DNA of 64,000 nucleotides from positions 4,960,001 to 5,024,000 of the forward strand of contig CAWAIF010000003.1 of NCBI GenBank assembly GCA_963782055.1, in the 5' to 3' direction. The stretch is from an uncultured delta proteobacterium (GTDB lineage Bacteria; Myxococcota_A; Polyangia; Polyangiales; Polyangiaceae). The number at the start of each line of letters is the position of its first letter. Positions within the stretch are counted from its first letter, which is position 1. The position numbers were made by a program, and so were the translations under genes. Under the pieces are notes generated by a model, which did not search any database, was not told where the DNA came from, and was given only the letters and a program-made list of their open reading frames with translations. Of the stretch, positions 47,854-61,707 are shown one piece after another.

Positions 47854-49152
47854 ATGCGCCTCGCCTGGATGCTCCTGGTGCTCGCCGGATGTCATCACGC
47901 GTCGACCGCCGCGGCGCCCGACGCCGGCGCGCCGCCGACCGCAGCGCCGTCCAACGCCCCCAAGGCGCTGCGCAAGGCCGACTCGGCCATCCTGGTGGAG
48001 GTGCGCGAGACGAGCGACGCCGACGGCCGGCGCGGCGACGTGGCCTTCAAGCTCACGCGCGCCCGGGAGCGCTTCGGCTGGGACGGCAAGGGCGTTCCCT
48101 ACCCCGACTCGCTGGGCGAGCGCGTGCCCGACCCCGACGACAGGCGGACGTGCAGCTGCGACGTCACCGCCGTCTGCCCCCGCTGCGACGGCTTCCAGTC
48201 CAGCCAGCTACAGCGACGCAACGGCGTCGTGAGCGCGGCGGTGGTGGACGCCTTCATCGCCGAGGTGATGCGCCATGGCTGGGCCCCCGGCGCCGACGCC
48301 GGCGCGCCGCGCTTCAGCAGGCACCTCGAGAAGGTGCACGTCGCCATCGCCGTGCCCGGCGTGCCCGACCCGATCCACGTCTCCATCATGGACTCGCGCC
48401 ATCGCTGGTTGCTCGACGACCGTCCCATCGGGGGCGACACGACGAAGCTGGACGCCGCCTACCAGGCGCTCAGCAAGGCGCTGGGCATCGGCGACTGGCT
48501 CGCCGCGATGAGCCCGCCGGTCGAGACCTCCCTGCCGCCGGACTTCGCCGACCTGGCGAAGGCGGCGATCGTGGAGGTCCACGACTCCTGGAACGGCCTG
48601 GGGTCGACGCACGACGACGTCGTGCGGCTGAAGCGGCAGGGGAAGGCCTTCGCGTGGCGCGCCAAGATCGCGTCCTACCCCGGCTCGCTCGGGGAGAGCA
48701 CGCCGAACCCCTTCACGCCCAAGGAACGCGACAACCCGACGTGCACGTGCGACGTCGACGCCACGTGCCCGTGCGAGCATCCCGGCGGCGCCATCACTCG
48801 CAAGAAGGGGACCGTCCCCGCCGCGGCGGTGGAGGCGTTCCTTCGGACGGTGGCGGCGCACACCATCGACCCGGCGCCGCCCACGGCGCGCGCGCACTGG
48901 ACCGACGACTACCCGAAGGCCCACGTGGTGGTGTGGGTGACGCCCACCAGCACGCCGATCCACCTCGGCTTCCCGGATCAGCAGCGGCAGTGGCACGCCA
49001 ACGGCCTCGTCCTCTCGCCGGACCCCGCGCCTCCCGCGGCCGAGCAGCAAAGAGGCGTGCCCCAGACGCAGCACCAGGTGATCAACGCCTCCTACCAGGT
49101 GATGCTCACCGCCCTGGGTGAGCCGCATTGGGTCGACGAGTCCAGGCGCTGA
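47854..49152 (+). CDS. Lipoprotein with internal duplication
   Basis: Lipobox LAGC; TCSCDVTAVCP and TCTCDVDATCP in two homologous halves. Confidence 0.72.
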   Translation: MRLAWMLLVLAGCHHASTAAAPDAGAPPTAAPSNAPKALRKADSAILVEVRETSDADGRRGDVAFKLTRARERFGWDGKGVPYPDSLGERVPDPDDRRTCSCDVTAVCPRCDGFQSSQLQRRNGVVSAAVVDAFIAEVMRHGWAPGADAGAPRFSRHLEKVHVAIAVPGVPDPIHVSIMDSRHRWLLDDRPIGGDTTKLDAAYQALSKALGIGDWLAAMSPPVETSLPPDFADLAKAAIVEVHDSWNGLGSTHDDVVRLKRQGKAFAWRAKIASYPGSLGESTPNPFTPKERDNPTCTCDVDATCPCEHPGGAITRKKGTVPAAAVEAFLRTVAAHTIDPAPPTARAHWTDDYPKAHVVVWVTPTSTPIHLGFPDQQRQWHANGLVLSPDPAPPAAEQQRGVPQTQHQVINASYQVMLTALGEPHWVDESRR

Positions 49153-49262
49153 CGCGCGACGCCCGGATGGCCTGCGAGCCGGGGTGTACTCCTGCCAAGC
49201 GACGCGGGATCCTGCGCGAGTGACAGTGGCCCACGCGGCCGGCCTTGGTGTAAATGTGGGCG

Positions 49263-49937
49263 ATGCTCCCCGACAGCTCGCTGCACCACGCCGCACGCCA
49301 CGCCGTCGCGATCCTCATCGCGGCGACCGCGATGGGTTGTTCCAAGGACCAGCCCGAGACCACCGCCGCCTCGGCCAGCGCGAGCGCCCCCGCGGCGCCG
49401 GCGCCCACGCCGTCGGCGAGCGCCGCCCCCAGCGCCACCGCCAGCGCGGCGCCGGAGCCGCACCATGACTGCCCCGCGCACTCGGAGGGCATCGGCTCCT
49501 TCGCCAAGCCCTGCGAGGCCAAGGGCAAGGAGCGGCTGATGACCGTGAAGTGGAAGAAGACCGACGACAAGGGGCCCAGCTTCTGGGTGAAGAACACCGG
49601 CAAGCTGACGATCCTCTACGGCAAGATCGCCGTCTACTTCTACGACAAGAAGGGCAAGCAGCTCGACGTCAAGGACGACGCCCAGACGCCCCCGGTGGTC
49701 AAGTCTTTCCTCACCTGCTCGGGCAACATCTTCTCCGGCGTGATGCACCCGAAGGAGAGCGCCGTGCTCACCTTCTCCTGCGTGCCCAAGTCCCTCATCC
49801 CCGACGGCACGGCGTCGATCGAGGGCGAGATGGAGGAGGTCGGCTTCGCCGACGCGGGCGGCAAGAAGAACGACTTCTTCTGGAGCAACCACGACCTCGC
49901 GCCGGAGCAGCGCCCGAAGGGCGGCATCAAGAAGTAG
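49263..49937 (+). CDS. Hypothetical lipoprotein
   Basis: Lipobox AMGC; Ala/Ser/Pro linker; beta-rich domain. Confidence 0.75.
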   Translation: MLPDSSLHHAARHAVAILIAATAMGCSKDQPETTAASASASAPAAPAPTPSASAAPSATASAAPEPHHDCPAHSEGIGSFAKPCEAKGKERLMTVKWKKTDDKGPSFWVKNTGKLTILYGKIAVYFYDKKGKQLDVKDDAQTPPVVKSFLTCSGNIFSGVMHPKESAVLTFSCVPKSLIPDGTASIEGEMEEVGFADAGGKKNDFFWSNHDLAPEQRPKGGIKK

Positions 49938-50028
49938 GCGGCGAGCCCTCGTCGGGCGCGCTCGCGTCTTCGGGAGCCTGCGACGCCGGGCCGCCAGGGG
50001 GAGACTCGACCCCCGACGCCGCGGCCCT

Positions 50029-50457
50029 TCACCGGGTCGCGAGCGTGTCGCTCTTGAGCACGTGGCCGTCGGCGTCCTGCACCTCGACCTCCATCTCGTG
50101 CGCGCCGGCCACCGGACACGCGCCCCACGTCTGCCAGCGAGGCGACTGACCGATGGAGAGGTGCTGCTTGACGACCTCGCGGCCGTCGCGCTTCCACACC
50201 AGGACGACGTCCTGCGTGTCGCTCGTGTTCTTGATCGCGAGCCAGTAGGTGACCACCGGCGCGTGCGCGGCCGCCGACGCGTCGCCGACCGGCTTGCCCC
50301 CGTCCACCTTGTCGGTGAACGCGCTGGAGACGACCGAGACGGTGCTGGCGGCGGCGGTCGCGGCGGGATCGTCGGCGTGGGCGGTGGCGCCCGCGAAGAG
50401 GGTGACGCCGGCGGCGGCGGCGGCTGCGAAGAGGGACCGGAGGGTGACGATGTTCAT
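50029..50457 (-). CDS. Secreted DUF2914-like protein
   Basis: Signal peptide ending AHA; VVLVWKRDGREV..QHLSIGQSPRWQTW...VEVQDADGHVL. Confidence 0.7.
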   Translation of the reverse strand: MNIVTLRSLFAAAAAAGVTLFAGATAHADDPAATAAASTVSVVSSAFTDKVDGGKPVGDASAAAHAPVVTYWLAIKNTSDTQDVVLVWKRDGREVVKQHLSIGQSPRWQTWGACPVAGAHEMEVEVQDADGHVLKSDTLATR

Positions 50458-50576
50458 GCGGCGGGTGAAGAGCACGCCGCGTGCCGCCCGCAAGTGCGCG
50501 AAACCGGGTATCGGCGCGTGTCCACGCGCCCGCGGTGTGTGCGTTCGCCGCGCCCGCGCCCCAACCCGCAGGCTCA

Positions 50577-50725
50577 CCCTCCCCGTGTGGCGCGCGGAGC
50601 GCGACACCGTGGGGAGGGGCGACACGCGCAGGGCTCGCGCGCAAGCTCTCGTGCGTGCCGAACATGTGCATCCTGCACACATCGACCGGCACGCGCGAAA
50701 GCGAGCACGAGCCCGAGCATGTCGC
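50577..50725. other. Long imperfect hairpin region
   Basis: Hairpin closed by CCCTCCCC/GGGGAGGG (50577-50618), followed by an interrupted inverted repeat of about 107 nt (50619-50725). Confidence 0.6.
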
Positions 50726-50762
50726 GGGAGGGGCCCCCTACTTCTTCACCCTCCTCTCGCGG

Positions 50763-52613
<1,851 letters not shown>

Positions 52614-52615
52614 GG

Positions 52616-56320
<3,705 letters not shown>

Positions 56321-56372
56321 CGACTCCTCCGCGGGGCCGGTTGCTCCCCTGCTGGGCGCGCGAGGGCGCCCG

Positions 56373-56390
56373 TGACTGACGTGTCAGTCA
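56373..56390. promoter_or_regulatory. Palindromic operator (TetR-type)
   Basis: TGACTGAC-GT-GTCAGTCA between the divergent activase and TetR genes. Confidence 0.7.
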
Positions 56391-56520
56391 GGGAGGCTAT
56401 AGGTCTTCGGGCCCGGCGGGAAGGACTTCCTGATAGCGCGAGAAACGCGCCCTTTGCGCCCATTCTGCCTTCCGATCGGCCGAGTCCCGTCGTCCCTGCG
56501 GGCGCTGGAGGGTGGCGGAC

Positions 56521-56543
56521 TGACTGACGCCGGCGTCAGCCCA
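56521..56543. promoter_or_regulatory. Second related operator
   Basis: TGACTGAC-GCCGGC-GTCAGCCCA; same half-site with a longer spacer. Confidence 0.6.
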
Positions 56544-56610
56544 CCGGTCGCGCTCGCCGCGTGTCGGGCGACGGCTCCGCGCAGGCGCGGGGTGATATAG
56601 AGGTCGCGCG

Positions 56611-57189
56611 ATGGACCGCGAGAAGAGACGCCAGCAGATCCTCGCCCACGCGCGGCAGGTCTTCGCCAAGCACGGCTACCACGCGGCCAAGGTGGACGAC
56701 ATCGTGGCGGCCGCCGGGGTCGCGCGGGGCACCTTCTACCTGTACTTCGAGGACAAGCGCGCCATCTTCGAGGAGATCGTCGACCGGCTGCTGGTGCGCT
56801 TCGGCATGGCCATCGTGCGGGTGGACGTCGGGGGCGACGTGGGCGACCAGGTCAAGGGCACCATCCGCCGCATCGTGAAACTGCTCCTGGAGGAGCGGGT
56901 CACGACGAAGCTGCTGCTCTCCGACGCGCAGGGCGTCGACCCGGCCTTCGATCGCAAGATCCACTCCTTCTTCGAGCAGATGCGCACGCTGCTGGAGGAG
57001 TCGCTGGAGGAGGGCCAGCAGCTCGGCATCGTGGTCAAGGGCGACGCGCGGATGCAGACCGCCTTCGTCATCGGCGCGCTGCGCGAGGTGATGAGCCAGG
57101 TGGTGGTGCGCGGGTGGGACGACACCGAGGAGGAGATCGTCGACGCGCTCTTCGCGTTCCTCCAGGGCGGGTTGCTGGGGAAGAAGTAG
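56611..57189 (+). CDS. TetR/AcrR family regulator
   Basis: FAKHGYHAAKVDDIVAAAGVARGTFYLYFEDK. Confidence 0.93.
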   Translation: MDREKRRQQILAHARQVFAKHGYHAAKVDDIVAAAGVARGTFYLYFEDKRAIFEEIVDRLLVRFGMAIVRVDVGGDVGDQVKGTIRRIVKLLLEERVTTKLLLSDAQGVDPAFDRKIHSFFEQMRTLLEESLEEGQQLGIVVKGDARMQTAFVIGALREVMSQVVVRGWDDTEEEIVDALFAFLQGGLLGKK

Positions 57190-57194
57190 GTCGG

Positions 57195-58070
57195 ATGGGG
57201 TCGGGGACAGCGCTGGGGCTGGTGGGGCTGGGGCTCCTGCTCGGGGGATGCCGGACGTCGCCGCCCGCCGAGGTGCATGGGGCGCCTGCTCGGCTCCTGG
57301 CAGGGGTGGTCGCGAAGAGCGCGGTGGGGGTCGTGGACGCGGGCGAGGCCGGAACGTCGGATTGCACGCATGCTTGCAATGGCGACGGTGGGCCCGGAAT
57401 CATGCGGGAACAGCGGGCGGACGTCGGGCCGCACGAGCTGACGATGCTGCCCGGCCGGTCGGTCTGGTATGCCCTTCCCCGCTACGAGGACGCGCACCGC
57501 CTCATAGCCCACCTTCACGGGCAGTGCGCGCCGCCCGTCTACTCCTGCGGCGAGTGGATCGACGCAGGCACCGAGCGGGGCCTCATGGTGTGCCCGACGG
57601 GCAACGCCCACTGCAACGACTCGGGCATGGGGCCGGCGATGTGGGACGAGTCCTTCCGGCTGATGGACCAGGATCTGGAGAAGGGGATCGCGGTGGTGAC
57701 GCGCAAGCTGGACGGCGGCGTCGCGCGGGACGACGAGGTGCTCACCGGCTTCTCCCGCGGCGGCTGGGCGGCGATCCAGATCGTGCGCCGGCACCCGGGG
57801 CGCTGGCCGCACCTCGTCATCGTGGAGGCGGACGTGACGATCACGCGCGCCATCCTCGACGCGGCCAAGGTGAGATCGGTGGCGATGGTCGCCGGCGAGT
57901 GGGGCACCGAGCGCGCGGGCGAGGAGAAGAGCGTGGAGGCGCTGAAGGCGACGGGCTACCCCGCCGAGCTGTTCGTCATGCCGAAGACCGCGCACCTGTA
58001 CTCGGAGGACATCGACGAGGTCATGGGCCGGGCGCTCGACTTCGTCTTGCGCGAGGGCCGCGCTCGATGA
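57195..58070 (+). CDS. Lipoprotein, alpha/beta hydrolase-like
   Basis: Lipobox LGGC; HLHG; GFSRGG nucleophile elbow; C-terminal His. Confidence 0.65.
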   Translation: MGSGTALGLVGLGLLLGGCRTSPPAEVHGAPARLLAGVVAKSAVGVVDAGEAGTSDCTHACNGDGGPGIMREQRADVGPHELTMLPGRSVWYALPRYEDAHRLIAHLHGQCAPPVYSCGEWIDAGTERGLMVCPTGNAHCNDSGMGPAMWDESFRLMDQDLEKGIAVVTRKLDGGVARDDEVLTGFSRGGWAAIQIVRRHPGRWPHLVIVEADVTITRAILDAAKVRSVAMVAGEWGTERAGEEKSVEALKATGYPAELFVMPKTAHLYSEDIDEVMGRALDFVLREGRAR

Positions 58071-58747
58071 TCGACCTCCTCTACGGCGACCCGCACCTCG
58101 TCGTCGCGGACAAGCCGTCCGGGCTGCTGGTGCATCGCGGCTGGGACAACGACGACGACGTCGCGATGTTTCGCGTGCGCGACGCGCTGGGGCAGCGCGT
58201 GTTTCCCGTGCACCGGCTCGACCGCGGGACGAGCGGCGCGCTCCTCTTCGCGCGGACGCCAGAGGTCGCCGCCGCCCTGACGAGCGCGTTCACCGGCGGG
58301 CGCGTCGAGAAGTCGTACCTCGCGCTCGTCCGCGGACGTCCGCCGGACGAAGGGACGATCGACTACCCGCTCCCGAGGCGCGAGGGCGGGCCGAAGGTCC
58401 CGGCGGTGACGCGCTTCCGCGTGGTCCGGCGGTCGCCCGTCGACCGATGCTCGCTCGTCCTCGCGGCGCCCGAGACGGGGCGCCTGCATCAGGTGCGGCT
58501 TCACCTGCGTCACATCGACCACCCGCTCGTCGGGGACGTGAACCACGGGTCGGGTGCCATCAATCGCCACTACCGCGCCGAGTACGCGCTGCATCGCCTC
58601 GCGCTCCACGCGCTCCGCATCGCGTTCGTGCACCCGGTCACCGGCGCGCGCGTCGACGTCACGGCCCCGGTGCCCGACGACCTCGGGCGCCCGCTGCGAA
58701 TGCTCGGCCTCGCGTGGCCTCCCGAAGACTCGCACGAGGTCGCGTGA
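58067..58747 (+). CDS. RluA/TruC family pseudouridine synthase
   Basis: DKPSGLLVH, VHRLDRGTSG, TGRLHQVRLH, HPLVGD. Confidence 0.92.
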   Translation: MIDLLYGDPHLVVADKPSGLLVHRGWDNDDDVAMFRVRDALGQRVFPVHRLDRGTSGALLFARTPEVAAALTSAFTGGRVEKSYLALVRGRPPDEGTIDYPLPRREGGPKVPAVTRFRVVRRSPVDRCSLVLAAPETGRLHQVRLHLRHIDHPLVGDVNHGSGAINRHYRAEYALHRLALHALRIAFVHPVTGARVDVTAPVPDDLGRPLRMLGLAWPPEDSHEVA

Positions 58748-59406
58748 GCCGCCGCGACAACGCCCACCTCCGCTGCCCCCGCTGCCGGATGCACGGCAGC
58801 CTCTGCATCTGCGCGCTCATCCCGCGCATCGAGACGCGCACGCGCCTGGTCCTCTTGATCCATCGCCTCGAGCTGCGGAAGCCGACGAACACCGGGCGCC
58901 TCGCGGCCTTGTGCCTGCCCAACAGCGAGGTCCTCGTGCGCGGTCACGCCGACGCGGCCGCCGCGCCCTTCAAGCCCCGGCCCGGCGTGCGCAGCGTGCT
59001 CCTCTTCCCCGCCGGAGACGCCATACCACTCGACGCGCTGCCCCCCTCGCGGCTGCCCACCGCGCTCCTCGTGCCGGACGGGACGTGGCGACAGGCCTCG
59101 AAGGTGCGAAACCGGGTCGACGGACTTCGTGACCTGCCGTGCGTCTCGCCGCCGCCGGAGGCGCCGTCGACGTATCGCCTCCGCGCCGAGGCGCACGCGC
59201 ACGGGCTCGCGACGATCGAGGCCATCGCCCGCGCGATGGGCGTCCTCGAGGGGATGCACGTGCGGCGCGCGCTGGAGCTCGTGTTCCGGGCGATGGTCGA
59301 ACGAACGCTGTGGGCGCGCGGGGAGATCGCGGCGACCGACGTGACCGGCGGCATCCCGGCGGGCGCCTTGCGGCACGACCTGCGAAGCGGACTGCGGGCC
59401 GTCTAA
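58744..59406 (+). CDS. DTW-domain protein (TapT-like tRNA aminocarboxypropyltransferase)
   Basis: CPRC...CIC, ELRKPTNTG, PDGTWRQA, LATIEA. Confidence 0.88.
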   Translation: MSRRDNAHLRCPRCRMHGSLCICALIPRIETRTRLVLLIHRLELRKPTNTGRLAALCLPNSEVLVRGHADAAAAPFKPRPGVRSVLLFPAGDAIPLDALPPSRLPTALLVPDGTWRQASKVRNRVDGLRDLPCVSPPPEAPSTYRLRAEAHAHGLATIEAIARAMGVLEGMHVRRALELVFRAMVERTLWARGEIAATDVTGGIPAGALRHDLRSGLRAV

Positions 59407-59437
59407 TCCAGGCGGAGCGCGGCGGGACGGAGGTCCC

Positions 59438-59908
59438 TCACCGGCGCACCGCGCCGCGGCGGCGGAGCGCGCGCTCGACGCGCTCCGGCAGCGACGGGCC
59501 GATCGCGAAGACGCACCACGCCTCGCACTCGTCCACGCGGGGGCGCACCGGACGCGCGGCGTCCAGGAAGAACTCGATGGCCTCCTCCAGCGATTCGTTG
59601 GCGTGCGAGGAGGTCCACACCACGTCGGCGGATCGCTCGGCGCCGTCGCGTCGCGAGACGGCCTCCGCGACGACGTCGTCGAAGCCCTCCTCGGTGAGCG
59701 CGCAGCCCGGTCCCCACGCGCACGCGAAGGCGAGACCCTGGTCGAGCGCGCGACGGGCGAGCGGCTCGACGTCCTCGGCGTGCTCGGCGGCCACGAGCAG
59801 CCCGAAGGTCGTGCACGACCATGGAAGCGCGTCCGGCCACTCGTCGACGTCCCGTGCGGCGATGACCCAGACGCGCCGACCGGAGTGTGGGTCGGTCCAG
59901 CGCTGCAT
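59438..59908 (-). CDS. Hypothetical protein
   Basis: Fills the gap; ACAWGPGC...VWTSSHANESLEEAIEFF. Confidence 0.6.
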   Translation of the reverse strand: MQRWTDPHSGRRVWVIAARDVDEWPDALPWSCTTFGLLVAAEHAEDVEPLARRALDQGLAFACAWGPGCALTEEGFDDVVAEAVSRRDGAERSADVVWTSSHANESLEEAIEFFLDAARPVRPRVDECEAWCVFAIGPSLPERVERALRRRGAVRR

Positions 59909-60011
59909 GGGAGTGAGAAACACTTCGCAGAAGGAGGCGCGTTCGTCGAGGGGAACTCTGCACGCCGCGCCAGGATGCCCCGCCCCCCCCCAACCGTCGC
60001 CCGCGCGCGGT

Positions 60012-60731
60012 CTACCGCTGAGCGGCGGCCCGCGCGAAGGCCTGCATGAGCGCGGTGGCGTGCGGCGCGTCGGCCACGCCGGCGCGGATGCGCTCGAACG
60101 GCAGGCCCTCGGCCTCGACGAGGTGGCGACGCGCGTCCATGTAACCGCGCATCACGTCGGCGTCGATCTCCGGGTGAGGCTGCACCGCCCAGGCGCGCCC
60201 CACGCGGAAGGCGGCGTTGGGATCCAGATCGGTCCGGGCGAGGCGCGTGGCGCCGGAGGGGAGGCGATCCACCGCGTCGACGTGCGTGGCGTTGACATCG
60301 AAGCGCGGCGGCAGCGCGCCGAAGACGGCGTCGCCCCGCGCGTCCTCGGTGGTGTGCAACGTCACCGTGCCGATCTCGCGGCCGCGTGCGTTGCGGGTCA
60401 CGCTTCCGCCGAGCGCCTGGGCCAGGAGCTGGTGGCCGAAGCAGATGGCGAGCACGGGGACATCGGCGGCCATCACCTCCCGCAGCCAGGCCTCGGTGCG
60501 GACCATCCACCCGGCGCGCTCGGTCACGCTGCTGGCCGAGCCCGTGAGGACGAAGGCTCCGGCCGACCGCGGGGAGGGCAGCGGGGCCTCCCCGCGGGCA
60601 TCGTGCTCGGCCCACGGGCCGGCCCACGCCCGGCCCACGCCGCCGCGGATCCAGCCGAAGAACTCGCCACGGCGGGCGGCCACCTCCGGCACGGCGTCCC
60701 CCATCCGAATGACCCATAGGGGGGTGTCCAT
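60012..60731 (-). CDS. Class I glutamine amidotransferase
   Basis: LTGS, ICFGHQ, VQPHPE (Cys-His-Glu triad). Confidence 0.88.
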   Translation of the reverse strand: MDTPLWVIRMGDAVPEVAARRGEFFGWIRGGVGRAWAGPWAEHDARGEAPLPSPRSAGAFVLTGSASSVTERAGWMVRTEAWLREVMAADVPVLAICFGHQLLAQALGGSVTRNARGREIGTVTLHTTEDARGDAVFGALPPRFDVNATHVDAVDRLPSGATRLARTDLDPNAAFRVGRAWAVQPHPEIDADVMRGYMDARRHLVEAEGLPFERIRAGVADAPHATALMQAFARAAAQR

Positions 60732-60835
60732 CACAAGGAAGCTTAACACCGCGCGAGGACCGCGGGGACGTGCCACCGCGCGGCCGCCGTGATAAAGAGA
60801 CGAGCTTGCGGGGCGCCAGGCCCCGCGCCTTGGCC

Positions 60836-61702
60836 ATGAGCATCGACCGTCCGACGTCCTTCTGGCTGCGCCTGCTCAGGCAACGACGCGAGCGCATGTA
60901 CGAGGACAAGCTGGACCTCGCCCGGCCCGTCGAGTGGGACAGCCCGGAGGAGAGGGAGTCCGCCGTCGCCTTCTTCAACGCGGCGTTCCGTGCGGAGGAG
61001 TCCGGGCTGCGCCAGGCCCACGACCTCGCGGACGAGGTGGCCTCGTGGGACCCCGACCTCGCCGAGTGCCTGCGCCTCTACGGCGACGAGGAGGGCTGGC
61101 ACAGGCAGCTTCTGACGGAGTTCCTCGGCTACATCGGCGGCACGGTCCGGCCGATGGGCCCCACCACCCGCACCTTCTACAAGCTGTACGGGCGGGCCGA
61201 GCGCATGGAGACGATCGTCCTCACCAACCTCATGTTCGAGACCATCGGCTCCACCACCTACCGGCTCGCCCTGCGCACGGCCAAGGCGCGGCCGGCCGTC
61301 CGGCAGATGCTCACCATCCTGACGCGCGACGAGTCCTTCCACGTCCCGCTCAACGTCCACTTCCTGAGGCGCATCCTGGAGCGCACGCCCCGCACCGCGC
61401 GCCCCCGCATGCGCGCGATCTACCACCTGCTGGGCGCGAGCCTGGTCGCCTCCGCCGCCGCCAGCCGGCGCCGCGCCAAGCACTTCGACCACATCCCCTT
61501 CCGCACGCTCTCGCGTGCGTACGCCGAGCAGCTCGGCAAGCTCTTCGTTCACGCCGACGATCTCGGCCTCTCGCCCTCGCGCCTGCTGCTCGCCAGCGTG
61601 GGGCTGCGCCGGCGCGATCTCCAGGACACCAGCGACATCATCAGCGCCGATGCGGCGGAGGCGGCGGCTGACCGGACACGGGTCGTCGTGAAAGCCCTCT
61701 GA
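60836..61702 (+). CDS. Ferritin-like diiron protein
   Basis: AEESG...DEEGWH and FETIG...RDESFH. Confidence 0.75.
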   Translation: MSIDRPTSFWLRLLRQRRERMYEDKLDLARPVEWDSPEERESAVAFFNAAFRAEESGLRQAHDLADEVASWDPDLAECLRLYGDEEGWHRQLLTEFLGYIGGTVRPMGPTTRTFYKLYGRAERMETIVLTNLMFETIGSTTYRLALRTAKARPAVRQMLTILTRDESFHVPLNVHFLRRILERTPRTARPRMRAIYHLLGASLVASAAASRRRAKHFDHIPFRTLSRAYAEQLGKLFVHADDLGLSPSRLLLASVGLRRRDLQDTSDIISADAAEAAADRTRVVVKAL

Positions 61703-61707
61703 CGAGA

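Noticed and set aside
50471..50486. Sigma54-like CGGCAC-N5-GTGCT upstream of the DUF2914-like gene
   Set aside because: Two mismatches in GC-rich DNA and no supporting activator nearby; too weak to call.
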